From contig DASCPX010000179.1 of the NCBI GenBank assembly GCA_036012755.1, positions 32,001 to 96,000 on the forward strand: a stretch of 64,000 nucleotides of DNA. The letters are read 5' to 3'. Made by a program: the position numbers and the translations under genes. The notes under the pieces are model-generated. The model searched no databases, had not been told where the DNA came from, and was given only the letters and a program-made list of their open reading frames with translations. Source of the stretch: Myxococcota bacterium. Lineage in GTDB: Bacteria; Myxococcota_A; UBA796; CAJQPC01. Of this stretch, positions 49,353 to 57,985 are shown piece by piece; positions within the stretch are counted from its first letter, which is position 1; every line of letters begins with the position of its first letter.

Positions 49353-49978
49353 CGAGCTTGTGGCTGCTGTGGTCCTGCGGAGGCGAGCCCGAAGAGGTGG
49401 TGTCCGGCCTGGTGGCGCCTGGCTGTTCGGCCTACCAGGCAGACCCCGACGCCCTGGCCTACTGCAACTACCTGGACACGATGGGCGCCTCCGACCTGGC
49501 GGTGGCCGAGCGACAGTGCAGCGCCGCCGGGGTGTGGGAACAGAGGTGCAGATCCGCCTGGATCTCGGGACACGCGGAGCGGGTGGACCGGGACGCGGCG
49601 CTGGCCTTCTGTTCCGACGAGTCCTGCCGCTTCGACGTGATCGACCGCCACCTCGACCCCGACATCCACGGCCAGATCGCCCTCTGCACCGAGCACACCC
49701 CCACCTACAGGCTCGCCTGCATCGACCACGCCCTCATCGCCTGGTCCCAGAGCGCTCCCTCGCAGGAGGCGATGGCGGAGCTCGCGGCCCTGCCGGACAT
49801 GGACCCCCGCCGGGTCGGAATGGCGCTCGGCGAGGTGGTGCTGTGCGTCGAGGGCCGGGAGTGCACGGGCGACGGCGGCGTGCTGGCCGGATGCGAGGAG
49901 GTCGTTCGCCGAGACGACCGCGGGATCTGTGAGGGCGCGATCCCGAACGCCCCGGGACTCAGTCCGGGCGGACACTGA
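49349..49978 (+). CDS. Cys-rich lipoprotein
   Basis: MTSLWLLWSC signal; many Cys; ATGA overlap. Confidence 0.65.
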   Translation: MTSLWLLWSCGGEPEEVVSGLVAPGCSAYQADPDALAYCNYLDTMGASDLAVAERQCSAAGVWEQRCRSAWISGHAERVDRDAALAFCSDESCRFDVIDRHLDPDIHGQIALCTEHTPTYRLACIDHALIAWSQSAPSQEAMAELAALPDMDPRRVGMALGEVVLCVEGRECTGDGGVLAGCEEVVRRDDRGICEGAIPNAPGLSPGGH

Positions 49979-49987
49979 GCCGGTCTC

Positions 49988-51547
49988 TCAGTTCCTCGGC
50001 CGCAGGCGCGCCCAGCTCAACAAGCTGCCGGCGGGTTCCAACCCGCGAGCGGCCTCCTCTGCGAAGAGCTCCTCGCAGGCCTGCACTTCTCGGGTGACCT
50101 GGGACAGCTGCTCACCCCCCTCGAAGAATGCCCTGTGCCACTGGTCCTCGGCCTGGAACAGCATTCGTCCCTCTGCGTGGGGTGAGAGGGCGCTGGGCAA
50201 GGTGCCGGCGACCAGCAGCCAGCACACGGCGGCGATGGCGAGGAGGCGGAGTGGCGCCGCCCAGGGTGGGAGGTAGCGAGTAGCGAGTCCTGGGCGCAGG
50301 CCGTCCAACAACCGCGCTCCGGCGGCGATGCCGACACCGACCAACACGGCGATGGCGATGGTGCCCGTGAGGACGAAGCGGGGGTGGGCCTCGACCGTGT
50401 CCCGGGCGCCCAGGAAGGAGGCGGCGAAGGGTGCCAGGCACAACAGGGCCGCCAGGCGGCGACGGCGACGGAGCAGCAGGAGTGTAGCGACCGCCGTGCC
50501 ACCCAGGCCCAGGTGGAACCAGGGCTCCAGACGGGTCGGGCTGAGCGTGGGCACCGGCAACGGACCCCAGGCCTCTGGCGGGTGGTCGGGCAGCGGGTAG
50601 TCCCGCTGAGCCCACAAGAACGCGAGGGTCTCGGGGATCTCCCAAGGTGGAGAGCGGCCCCAGACGTACTGGTGCTCGGTCACCCAGGGCGGCTCGTAGA
50701 TCTCGTCGCGATGGCCCAGGTCCCAGTAGAGGCGACGGGCATCGACCTCGCCCTCGAGGGGGTAGGACCCGGGTGGATAGGCGAGCCGGCCGAGGGCGAA
50801 GGAGGCCACGAGCGCGGCGACCACGATGCCTAGACGAGCAGGCCAGAGGCGCCTCGGTGCCCAGAGCGCCGCGACGATGACGAGAGCCGTGGCGGTGAGC
50901 CCCCAGACGAGCCCGCGAGTGTCCGCGAGGAAGGCCGCACCCGCACCCGCAGCCCCGCAGATCAGCGCCGCGGTGGTCGACCAGCGCAGGGCGATCGCGG
51001 CCCCGGCGGCGCTGAGCACCAACAGGGCGATCATGAGGGGGTAGAAGTTGACCGTGTGCGTCATCACGACAAAGGACGGCAAGCACCCGGTCAAGACGGC
51101 GGCCGCCACCCCCGCTGCCGGAGAAGCCAGGGAGCGGGCCCATCCGTAGACTCCGGCCACGGCCAGCGAGCACCCGATCCAGGCTCCCACCGTGAGCCCG
51201 TCCAGGGTGCCGAACCAGCCCGCCAACAGCGAGGGTATGGCGCCCACGGTCAGGGACCTGGTCATGTGCCAGCCGGCTTGATCCAGCCCATCCAACGGGG
51301 AGCCGAAGGCGGCCACCGAGGCGCAGTAGTTGGTGAAGTCGTTGCTGGTGTAGGGACCGCCCATGGTGTGCAGCGGCCACAACCAGAAGGCGGTGGCCAA
51401 GGTGACCAGGATCCCCAGACAAAGCGCGAGCGCCACCTCGCGACCGGGTCGCACCTGGTCCGGGCTGCTCTGGGCCGGGGTGAGCAACCACAGCAACACC
51501 GGGACCGCGAGCAGGGTCAGGGGGTGGAACAGGACATCGGCCAGCAC
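49988..51547 (-). CDS. Multi-pass membrane protein, GT-C (family 39-like) glycosyltransferase candidate
   Basis: SNDF..YC loop, about 10-12 TM segments, HPRF motif. Confidence 0.65.
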   Translation of the reverse strand: MLADVLFHPLTLLAVPVLLWLLTPAQSSPDQVRPGREVALALCLGILVTLATAFWLWPLHTMGGPYTSNDFTNYCASVAAFGSPLDGLDQAGWHMTRSLTVGAIPSLLAGWFGTLDGLTVGAWIGCSLAVAGVYGWARSLASPAAGVAAAVLTGCLPSFVVMTHTVNFYPLMIALLVLSAAGAAIALRWSTTAALICGAAGAGAAFLADTRGLVWGLTATALVIVAALWAPRRLWPARLGIVVAALVASFALGRLAYPPGSYPLEGEVDARRLYWDLGHRDEIYEPPWVTEHQYVWGRSPPWEIPETLAFLWAQRDYPLPDHPPEAWGPLPVPTLSPTRLEPWFHLGLGGTAVATLLLLRRRRRLAALLCLAPFAASFLGARDTVEAHPRFVLTGTIAIAVLVGVGIAAGARLLDGLRPGLATRYLPPWAAPLRLLAIAAVCWLLVAGTLPSALSPHAEGRMLFQAEDQWHRAFFEGGEQLSQVTREVQACEELFAEEAARGLEPAGSLLSWARLRPRN

Positions 51548-51569
51548 GCGCACATCGTAGGCTGCGGCG

Positions 51570-52770
51570 GTGTCGATGCCCCTCGCCCTGGCCTGCACGG
51601 ACCCCGCATCGCAGGGACCCGACCGTCCGCGACGGGATCCGGGGGAGGACACCCACTCGCAGCCGGACTCGCAAGAAGACACGGGCGAGGAGCAGATCCA
51701 GCCCCCAGAGACCAGCTGCACCGCCGCCGACGCGAGCATGTCGATCGCGCCCGACTACCCGGAGACCGGCCAGCGCGTGGACGTCTCCGTCACCGCGAAC
51801 ACGGGCTACGTCTACATCCACATGGCGGTGGCGGGTGGGGACTCGGAGCAGCTCAGCGCCGACATCAGCGGCGACGGGCCCTAGACCTGGAGCTACGCCT
51901 TCACCCTGAGCGAGCCGGCCCGCTACACCTTCACCTTCACGGCGGACGACGGCTCCACGCCGATCTGCACGGGCAGCGTCACGGCGACCGGCGAGCCTGT
52001 CGAGGACACCGGAGACACCGGCAGTTCGGGGGAGCCACCGGACAACCCCATCGGCATCGGGCTGGTGAGCGAGGGCAGCACCGACCAGTGGGACCTCGCC
52101 CAGGATCTGGCTGGCAGAGGTGGGCACGTGAAGCTCATCTTCGTCGGCGTCGTGCCCGGCATGAGCGGCCCCGAGACGGCGTGGTCCAACGCCGTGGCCG
52201 GGGTCTATGCCCGCGACCTGGTGCCGGTCATCCGCATGAACCCGCACTGGGGCCAGACGGAGGTCCGCGAGTGGAGCGACGACTCCAGTCACCTCTCCTA
52301 CACTGGCTACGCCCAATCCTTCGCGGCGGTGGTCTCGGGCTTGCCCCTGCGCGAGGACTGGCCGATCTGGATCGAGCTCCTGAACGAGCCCAACCTCTGC
52401 TACGAGTGGACCTGCGACTCCGACGCCGGGACCTGGATGGGCTACGAGACGACCGCCGCGGAGTACGCCGCGCTCCTTCGCGACGTCACCGCGGCGCTCC
52501 ATGCCCTCGGGGATCCGCGCATCAAGGTGATCAACGCGGGCCTCGCCCCCGGCGGCGCCGTCGACTGCGAGTGCGGCGGCAGCGGCTTCAACGCGGGCAT
52601 CACGAGCCTCGAGTTCATCACCGCCATGGACTCGGCCGTGCCAGGGGTCTTCGACGACCTCGACGGCTTCGCCAGCCACGCCTATCCCTCCTCTGGCGAG
52701 GGCTGGGGCTTCTTCGAGGCCTACGACGACTGCGCTCCGGGCTTGAACTACTGGAAGCGCGAGCTGGACA
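51570..52770 (+). pseudogene. Clan GH-A glycoside hydrolase lipoprotein with in-frame TAG and truncated C-terminus
   Basis: PLALAC signal; TAG 51882-51884 in frame with IELLNEPN and FASHAYP; similarity stops after YWKRELD. Confidence 0.75.
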
Positions 52771-52840
52771 CCACCAGCAACAACACCAGCAGCGAGAGCG
52801 CGATGTTCTGTCTCATGCCTTGTTCTACGCGGCAGGCAGC

Positions 52841-53071
52841 TCAGCTATTGAGCGCGCGTCTCACGGCGACGACGACGTCGTCCTCTGCAGGGAAGCCGCT
52901 GTTGTCCTTTTCGGCGACCTTCTGGCCGTCGACCCAGATGGTGAGCTCGCCCCGGTTGCCCGGGGTGACGTCCGAGCTCTCACCCGTGTCCTTCTCGATG
53001 AGGTCCGCCAACCTGGCGGCGCGTGGCTTGTAGTTTCAAGGCACGCAGTAGCGAATCACGATGCGAGACAT
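52841..53071 (-). CDS. SelW/SelT/SelH (Rdx) family selenoprotein, CxxU
   Basis: MSRIVIRYCVP-U(TGA 53038-53036)-NYKPRAARLADLIEKDTG...PGNRGELTIWVDGQKVAEK...FP.EDDVV; SD GGAGG; downstream hairpin. Confidence 0.9.
53005..53019 (-). promoter_or_regulatory. Bacterial SECIS-like stem-loop
   Basis: CCGCCA-GGT-TGGCGG starting 16 nt after the UGA, with G at the start of the loop. Confidence 0.65.
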
Positions 53072-53118
53072 CCGGACCTCCTGCAGTGGCAGTACCACTG
53101 TCGATGGGATGCGGCGAC

Positions 53119-53703
53119 TCAGTCGTTGCGGGCGAGGTCCATCTGCAAGGTGAGCTCGCAGGCGCTGCCGCCGATGATGGTCTCGACCACGCCGCAGTCC
53201 GCGCCCTCGCAGTTGAGCACGACATCGGCGCTCATGGTCATGGTCGCCTCGTCCACGAACTCGCCGTAGACCAGCGCATCGAAGACGATGACGGCGGCCA
53301 GGCCGTAGTCCTGTGGCGTGTAGTCCTCGTCGCTGCGGCTGTCGCAGTCGTAGGCCCAGCCATCGAGATCGCACTGGTCGTCCGGGGGCTCGTCACCGGC
53401 CATGGTGAACTTGCCTCCGCCGTCGTCGTGCAGCGTGACCTCGTTGCCGACCTCGCCGTGGCTGACCCAGTCCGCTGCAGCGCAGGGGTCGTGGGTGAAG
53501 GTCCGCGCGGTGACCGTCCAGGTCTCGCCGTCGGTCAAGGGGTAGTCATCCCCACCGTCGTCATCGTCGTTGCCGTCGTCATCGTCGTTGCCGTCGTCGT
53601 CGTCGTTGCCATCGTCCTCGTCGAGGGGGTCGGCGGTCGGGCGGTCTTCGTCGTCTGGAGCCAGGGTCTCTGTGGAACAGGCCAGGAATGCAAACAGGAT
53701 CAT
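53119..53703 (-). CDS. Acidic hypothetical lipoprotein
   Basis: MILFAFLAC; DDDDGN repeats; SD GGAGAGG. Confidence 0.75.
   Translation of the reverse strand: MILFAFLACSTETLAPDDEDRPTADPLDEDDGNDDDDGNDDDDGNDDDDGGDDYPLTDGETWTVTARTFTHDPCAAADWVSHGEVGNEVTLHDDGGGKFTMAGDEPPDDQCDLDGWAYDCDSRSDEDYTPQDYGLAAVIVFDALVYGEFVDEATMTMSADVVLNCEGADCGVVETIIGGSACELTLQMDLARND
53555..53620. repeat. Short coding tandem repeat, about 18 bp x3 (DDDDGN)
   Basis: gtcgtc(a/g)tcgtcgttgcc units. Confidence 0.7.
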
Positions 53704-53718
53704 GCCTCTCCGGACGGT

Positions 53719-53764
53719 GCGTATACGCGCTGTATACCTAAGTAGACAGTGTGTATACGTCAAG
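53719..53764. promoter_or_regulatory. Divergent promoter region with three GTATAC palindromes
   Basis: GTATAC at 53721, 53732 and 53753; TTGACG on the minus strand; 14-mer shared with 25577-25590. Confidence 0.6.
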
Positions 53765-53785
53765 AAGCTGTCGTAGCCTGGGATC

Positions 53786-54422
53786 ATGCTGCTGCTGCTT
53801 GCATGCAACGGTCGCCTCGACACGGGCGCGTGCGAGGCGAGCTTCTCCTCTGGGGGGGGCATTCACCTGCCCGATGGAGGGCTGGGGCGACCGGGACTAC
53901 TACATCGTGCTGCCCGACGGCTACGCGGGCGGCGACGCGATCCCGCTGTTGGTCGACTTCCACGGGGGCGGCGGCAGCAAGATCTCCGAGGCCGCCTCGA
54001 GCTGTCCCGAGGGCGACCTGGACGACCCGAAGTGCCTGCATGCCTTCGCCAGGGAGAAGGGCTTCGCGCTGGTCTACCCAAACGGCACCGGCGCGAGCGG
54101 CTGGAAGCAGAACCTGCGGAGCTGGAACGCCGGAGGGGGGAACCCGGACGACGAGTTCCGCTGTGTCTCGACCCCGGCGGGCGAGGACGGCGTCGACGAC
54201 GAGCGCTACCTCCGAGAGCTGCTCGACGACGTCGACGACGACGGCACGACCACGACCCGCCTGAGCTACCCGGACTGTCCCCTCGAACACCTCCGGGTGG
54301 ACGGGGGCGGCCACGTCTGGCCCCAGGGCCACCAGTACCTGAGCGCAAAACGGGTAGGGCCTGCCTGGCAGGACTGGGGCAACGAAGTCATCTGGGACTT
54401 CCTCTCCAGCCACAGCCGTTAG
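53786..54422 (+). pseudogene. PHB depolymerase/LpqC-like esterase lipoprotein, frameshifted and internally deleted
   Basis: MLLLLAC; frameshift at G8 run 53852-53859; LVDFHGGGG, VYPNG, WNAG, VDD..YL, GGGHVWP; no GxSxG. Confidence 0.8.
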
Positions 54423-54430
54423 GACGACAC

Positions 54431-54781
54431 ATGCTGTTCGCTTCGCTCTCTGGATGCCTGCTGTTCGCACCACCCGAGCTCATCCAGCTCACTCCGCAGG
54501 AGTTCCACGACGCCACCCAGGGTGTGGACGTGGTGCTCGTCGACGTCCACATCCCGGAGCAGACCCACATCGAGGGCACCGACGCGCTCGTGCCCTACAA
54601 CGAGATCCTCGACCACCTCGACGAGTTCCCGGAGGATCGGTCGGAGCCGATCTACCTCTACTGCCGCTCCGGCCACATGGTGAACCCAGCCTCACGAGAC
54701 CTCTTCGACGAGGGCTACACGACGATCTACAACCTCGACGGCGGCACCATCGCCTGGGAAGAGGCGTCGCTGCCCTACTGA
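54431..54781 (+). CDS. Rhodanese-like domain protein
   Basis: LVDV, HIEG, YLYCRSG, YNLDGGTIAW. Confidence 0.9.
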   Translation: MLFASLSGCLLFAPPELIQLTPQEFHDATQGVDVVLVDVHIPEQTHIEGTDALVPYNEILDHLDEFPEDRSEPIYLYCRSGHMVNPASRDLFDEGYTTIYNLDGGTIAWEEASLPY

Positions 54782-54838
54782 CTTGACCGGACGACGACCG
54801 CGGGCAGAGTGGGTTGCACACTGCAACCTGGGGTCGAG

Positions 54839-55132
54839 ATGTCGAGCGCCGTGAAGCTCTCCACCGACCTCGTCGAAGCCGCGCGTCACGAGAGCCGGGT
54901 GTCTTCACGGTCGATGACCCAGCAGATCGAGTACTGGGCCCGGATCGGCCGGGCGATCGAGCGCACCGGGGCCATCGAGCACGATCGCGTGTGCGCGGCT
55001 CTTCGAGCGGAGCTCGCCTTCGACGAGCTGAACACCGAGGAGCGCATGGCCGTGCTCGGCCAGCTCGAGCGGGAGGTGTTCCAGCCCCGGGGTGACCGGG
55101 CGCTGGCCAAGCGGCTGGCCCGGGAGGAGTGA
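54839..55132 (+). CDS. ParD-like (ribbon-helix-helix) antitoxin family protein
   Basis: VKLSTDLVEAAR....SRSMTQQIEYWARIGRAIE. Confidence 0.85.
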   Translation: MSSAVKLSTDLVEAARHESRVSSRSMTQQIEYWARIGRAIERTGAIEHDRVCAALRAELAFDELNTEERMAVLGQLEREVFQPRGDRALAKRLAREE

Positions 55133-55713
55133 CCGCCCGGCCACCGCTGCTCTGGCTGATCATCGGCCCAAACGGCGCCGGGAAGTCGACGTACCACGCC
55201 ACCCGCGTCGAACCTCGGCTGCTGGCCGAGTTCGTCAACGCCAATCGAATCGCTCTCGAGCGATGGCCGGATGCCGGGCCGGAGAAGAGCTACGAAGCCG
55301 CGCGCATCGCGGCAGAGCGCCGATCGGAGCTGCTCGGTGCGGGGCGTTCCCTGGTCGCGGAGACCGTGGCGTCGCACCCTTCCAAGCTGGAGCTGCTGCA
55401 CGCCGCGCAGGCGTCCGGCTACGAGGTCTGGGTCAGCTTCGTCTGCCTGGAGAGCGCGGCGCTGGCCGTCGAACGTGTGGCACGTCGAGTCCGACATGGC
55501 GGGCACCCCGTCCCGGAAGAAAAAGTCCGAGCCCGGTACGAGCGGATGGCGCCGATCGCACAAGCCGCAGTCGCCAGCGCGGACCGCGCCTTCGTCGTCG
55601 ACAACTCGGAGACGAAGAGACCTCTACGGGACGTGATGCTCGTCGAGCGCGGCCACGCGATCTGGAGAGCTCCAGATCCACCGGCTTGGCTCGGCGAGCT
55701 GTTTCCCGAATAG
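55129..55713 (+). CDS. Zeta-toxin-like P-loop kinase/ATPase
   Basis: GPNGAGKST, FVNAN.I, ET, RVARRVRHGGHPVPEEKVRARY, VDNS; GTGA overlap with the antitoxin. Confidence 0.85.
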   Translation: MTARPPLLWLIIGPNGAGKSTYHATRVEPRLLAEFVNANRIALERWPDAGPEKSYEAARIAAERRSELLGAGRSLVAETVASHPSKLELLHAAQASGYEVWVSFVCLESAALAVERVARRVRHGGHPVPEEKVRARYERMAPIAQAAVASADRAFVVDNSETKRPLRDVMLVERGHAIWRAPDPPAWLGELFPE

Positions 55714-55735
55714 GAGGCCGGCGGGAACCGGCCAG

Positions 55736-57529
55736 CTACAGCGCGCAGTCCACCGCTTCGAACCAGGCGTTGTCGTCCTCGTCGCACTCCTCGATGGTGT
55801 TTCCCGGGTCGACCTCGACCCGCAGTCCCTCGATGCCGACCTCTGGCAGCGAGGCGTGGAAGACCATGCCGGCGCTGGCCTCGCCGATGGGTGGCACCTC
55901 GATGGTCAGACCCTCCAGGGTGCGCAGCTCGCCGCCCTCCTTGCGCAGCTGGAGCACGAGGTCGACCTCGTCGCCGGCCGAGGTCAGCCCGTCGTTGATC
56001 ACAACCACCGTGACGTCGACGGTGCCGGCGTAGCAGTCCCAGCAGATGTCGACGACCTCGACCCGCAGGTTCGGGGCCGGGATGCCCGGGCGCTCCCGCA
56101 GGCCGCCGGCCCGGTAGCTGTTGTGGCCGGTCTGCCAGTTCATCAGCGGCTGGGCCGGGACGGAGAGGTCGTCCTCGACGTTGGTGATGTGGTAGGCGTG
56201 CTGGTTCCAGGTCTCGGTGGTGGGCGCCCAGCTGGAGTTCAGGTCCCCGATGGCCGTGATGCCCTGCCAGCCGGCGTTGATCGAGTCGTTGCTCATGAGG
56301 ATGATCTCGGCCTCGCCGTCGGCGTCGACGTCGACGATGACCGGGTACTCGAAGAGCGTCCAGCTGGAGTGGCGGTCCTCTGCCATCAGCACCGCGCCGG
56401 TGGCCCCGTCGTAGACGTAGAGCACGAGCTCGTCCGCGTAGACGACCTCGGCCTGACCGTCGCCTTCGAAGTCGAAGACCGCGGAGCCGGTGCGCGCCGA
56501 GCTCTGGTCCTGGGTGGTCTGGAGCCAGAGCTGGGTGCCGTCGGTGTCGTGCACGACGTAGCCCGAGTAGCCGGCGGTCCCGATCTCGGGCTCGCCGTCT
56601 CCGTCGAAGTCCGCGATGGTGGGCGGGCCGCCTCCACCGCCGGGAACACCCGCGGGGTCGTTCCAGATGACCGTCCCGTCCGTGTCTGCGAGCCAGACAG
56701 CGCCGTTCTGCACGGTCACGACCTCGCCGAAGCCGTCGGCGTCGAAGTCGGCGACCGCGGACCAGCCGTCCGCCATGCCGTTGGCCCACTTGGCGCTGCC
56801 ATCGCGGTTGTAGGCAGCGTTGCCGACGAGGACCTCTTGCTGACCGTCGAGGTCCAGGTCCGCGACCACCGGGATCGCGTAGGAGCCGCCGTAGCCGTAG
56901 GCGCCGATGCCCACTGTGGCGCCAGTGTGGTCGAGGATGGCCCGTCCGGCGACGACCTCTGCCAGGCCGTCGCCGTCGAGGTCCGCGACCACCGGGTAGC
57001 CGTAGCCGGTGGTGTGACCGGACAGGGACTCGCTGGCCCAAACCAGGCTGCCGTCGGAGTGCAGGGCGAGGACGCGCACATCCGTGCTCATCACCAGGAT
57101 CTCGGGTCTGCCGTCGGCGTCGAGATCGCCCAGCGCGACGCCGCTGGAGGCCACGGGGCTGTAGCCGCCGATGTTCGTGAAGGCAGAGGTCTCCTCGCCC
57201 GTGCCCTCGAGGATGTGGAGGGCCCCGGCCCCGCCGTAGGAGTTGTTGGCGTAGGAGGTGAAGACCACCTCTGGGAGGCCGTCGGCGTCGACGTCCCCGA
57301 CCGCCGGCATCATCATCACGTCGTCGTAGCCGGGGGCTCCGAGGGATCCCTCCCATCGCCACTCGACGACCGGGTCGAAGCTGCCGGACAGGGCTGGAAA
57401 GGCACACTCCTCGTCTACGTCGAGGGCGTAGCTGCCAGCCTCGTCGACGGCGCAGGCGTCCTCGCCACCGGGGGCGTCGTTCTTCGCGGAGAGCTCGTAG
57501 TCGGAGCAGGCCAGGGCAAGCAGCAGCAT
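55736..57529 (-). CDS. FG-GAP/VCBS repeat lipoprotein with CARDB C-terminus (paralogue 2)
   Basis: MLLLALACSDYEL; FDPVVEW; VFDFEGDG.AEVVYADE; WNQHAYHITNV; VDPGNTIEECDEDDN. Confidence 0.9.
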   Translation of the reverse strand: MLLLALACSDYELSAKNDAPGGEDACAVDEAGSYALDVDEECAFPALSGSFDPVVEWRWEGSLGAPGYDDVMMMPAVGDVDADGLPEVVFTSYANNSYGGAGALHILEGTGEETSAFTNIGGYSPVASSGVALGDLDADGRPEILVMSTDVRVLALHSDGSLVWASESLSGHTTGYGYPVVADLDGDGLAEVVAGRAILDHTGATVGIGAYGYGGSYAIPVVADLDLDGQQEVLVGNAAYNRDGSAKWANGMADGWSAVADFDADGFGEVVTVQNGAVWLADTDGTVIWNDPAGVPGGGGGPPTIADFDGDGEPEIGTAGYSGYVVHDTDGTQLWLQTTQDQSSARTGSAVFDFEGDGQAEVVYADELVLYVYDGATGAVLMAEDRHSSWTLFEYPVIVDVDADGEAEIILMSNDSINAGWQGITAIGDLNSSWAPTTETWNQHAYHITNVEDDLSVPAQPLMNWQTGHNSYRAGGLRERPGIPAPNLRVEVVDICWDCYAGTVDVTVVVINDGLTSAGDEVDLVLQLRKEGGELRTLEGLTIEVPPIGEASAGMVFHASLPEVGIEGLRVEVDPGNTIEECDEDDNAWFEAVDCAL

Positions 57530-57541
57530 CGGTGCACATCA

Positions 57542-57557
57542 TGCAATGGGCGTGCCG
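57542..57557 (-). promoter_or_regulatory. Sigma54 promoter of FG-GAP paralogue 2
   Basis: Minus strand CGGCACG-CCCA-TTGCA; the -12 C lies 14 nt upstream of ATG 57529. Confidence 0.75.
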
Positions 57558-57637
57558 TCGCCAAGTGCGCGAAATCGGGGTTGGGTGGGGCACGCGTGCC
57601 CCTTTGGGATCGGGACATGCTGGTCCTGATCCAATCC

Positions 57638-57985
57638 CTACAGGGCCGACCGAACCCGCGGGAACACATCGCTGGGGATCGGGTCCAGGTCGACCTGGTA
57701 GTGGCTCGGCCCGTTGTAGAGGATGACTTGGACGTGGTGCCAGCCGCAGTCCAAGGTGACCGAGCCCTCCGAGAGCACGGGCTCGTCGAGCACGAGCTCC
57801 CCCTCCCCCACGTTGGTGATCGTCGCGACACTCGAGCGGCTGTCTCCGATGAGCACGTCGCCGAAGTCCAGCGCCTCGGGCTCGACCTCGATCTGCCCGA
57901 AGACATCCTCCTCCTCCTCGCCAGGCTTGACGTCCCCGTCAGGGGTGAGTTCGTAGTCGGTGCAGGCGAGGAACAGGACGAGCAT
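57638..57985 (-). CDS. Short lipoprotein with a partial choice-of-anchor D (Ig-like) domain, probably internally deleted
   Basis: MLVLFLACTDYEL; IEVEPEALDFGDV...TITNVGEGELVL, then an abrupt change of character. Confidence 0.6.
   Translation of the reverse strand: MLVLFLACTDYELTPDGDVKPGEEEEDVFGQIEVEPEALDFGDVLIGDSRSSVATITNVGEGELVLDEPVLSEGSVTLDCGWHHVQVILYNGPSHYQVDLDPIPSDVFPRVRSAL

Noticed and set aside
21152..51884. Amber (TAG) recoding or pyrrolysine suggested by two in-frame TAGs
   Set aside because: Many intact genes here end in TAG, and both affected genes carry additional lesions, so these are nonsense mutations or errors
53555..53620. Tandem repeats as a CRISPR array
   Set aside because: Short spacer-less coding repeats (DDDDGN); no cas genes
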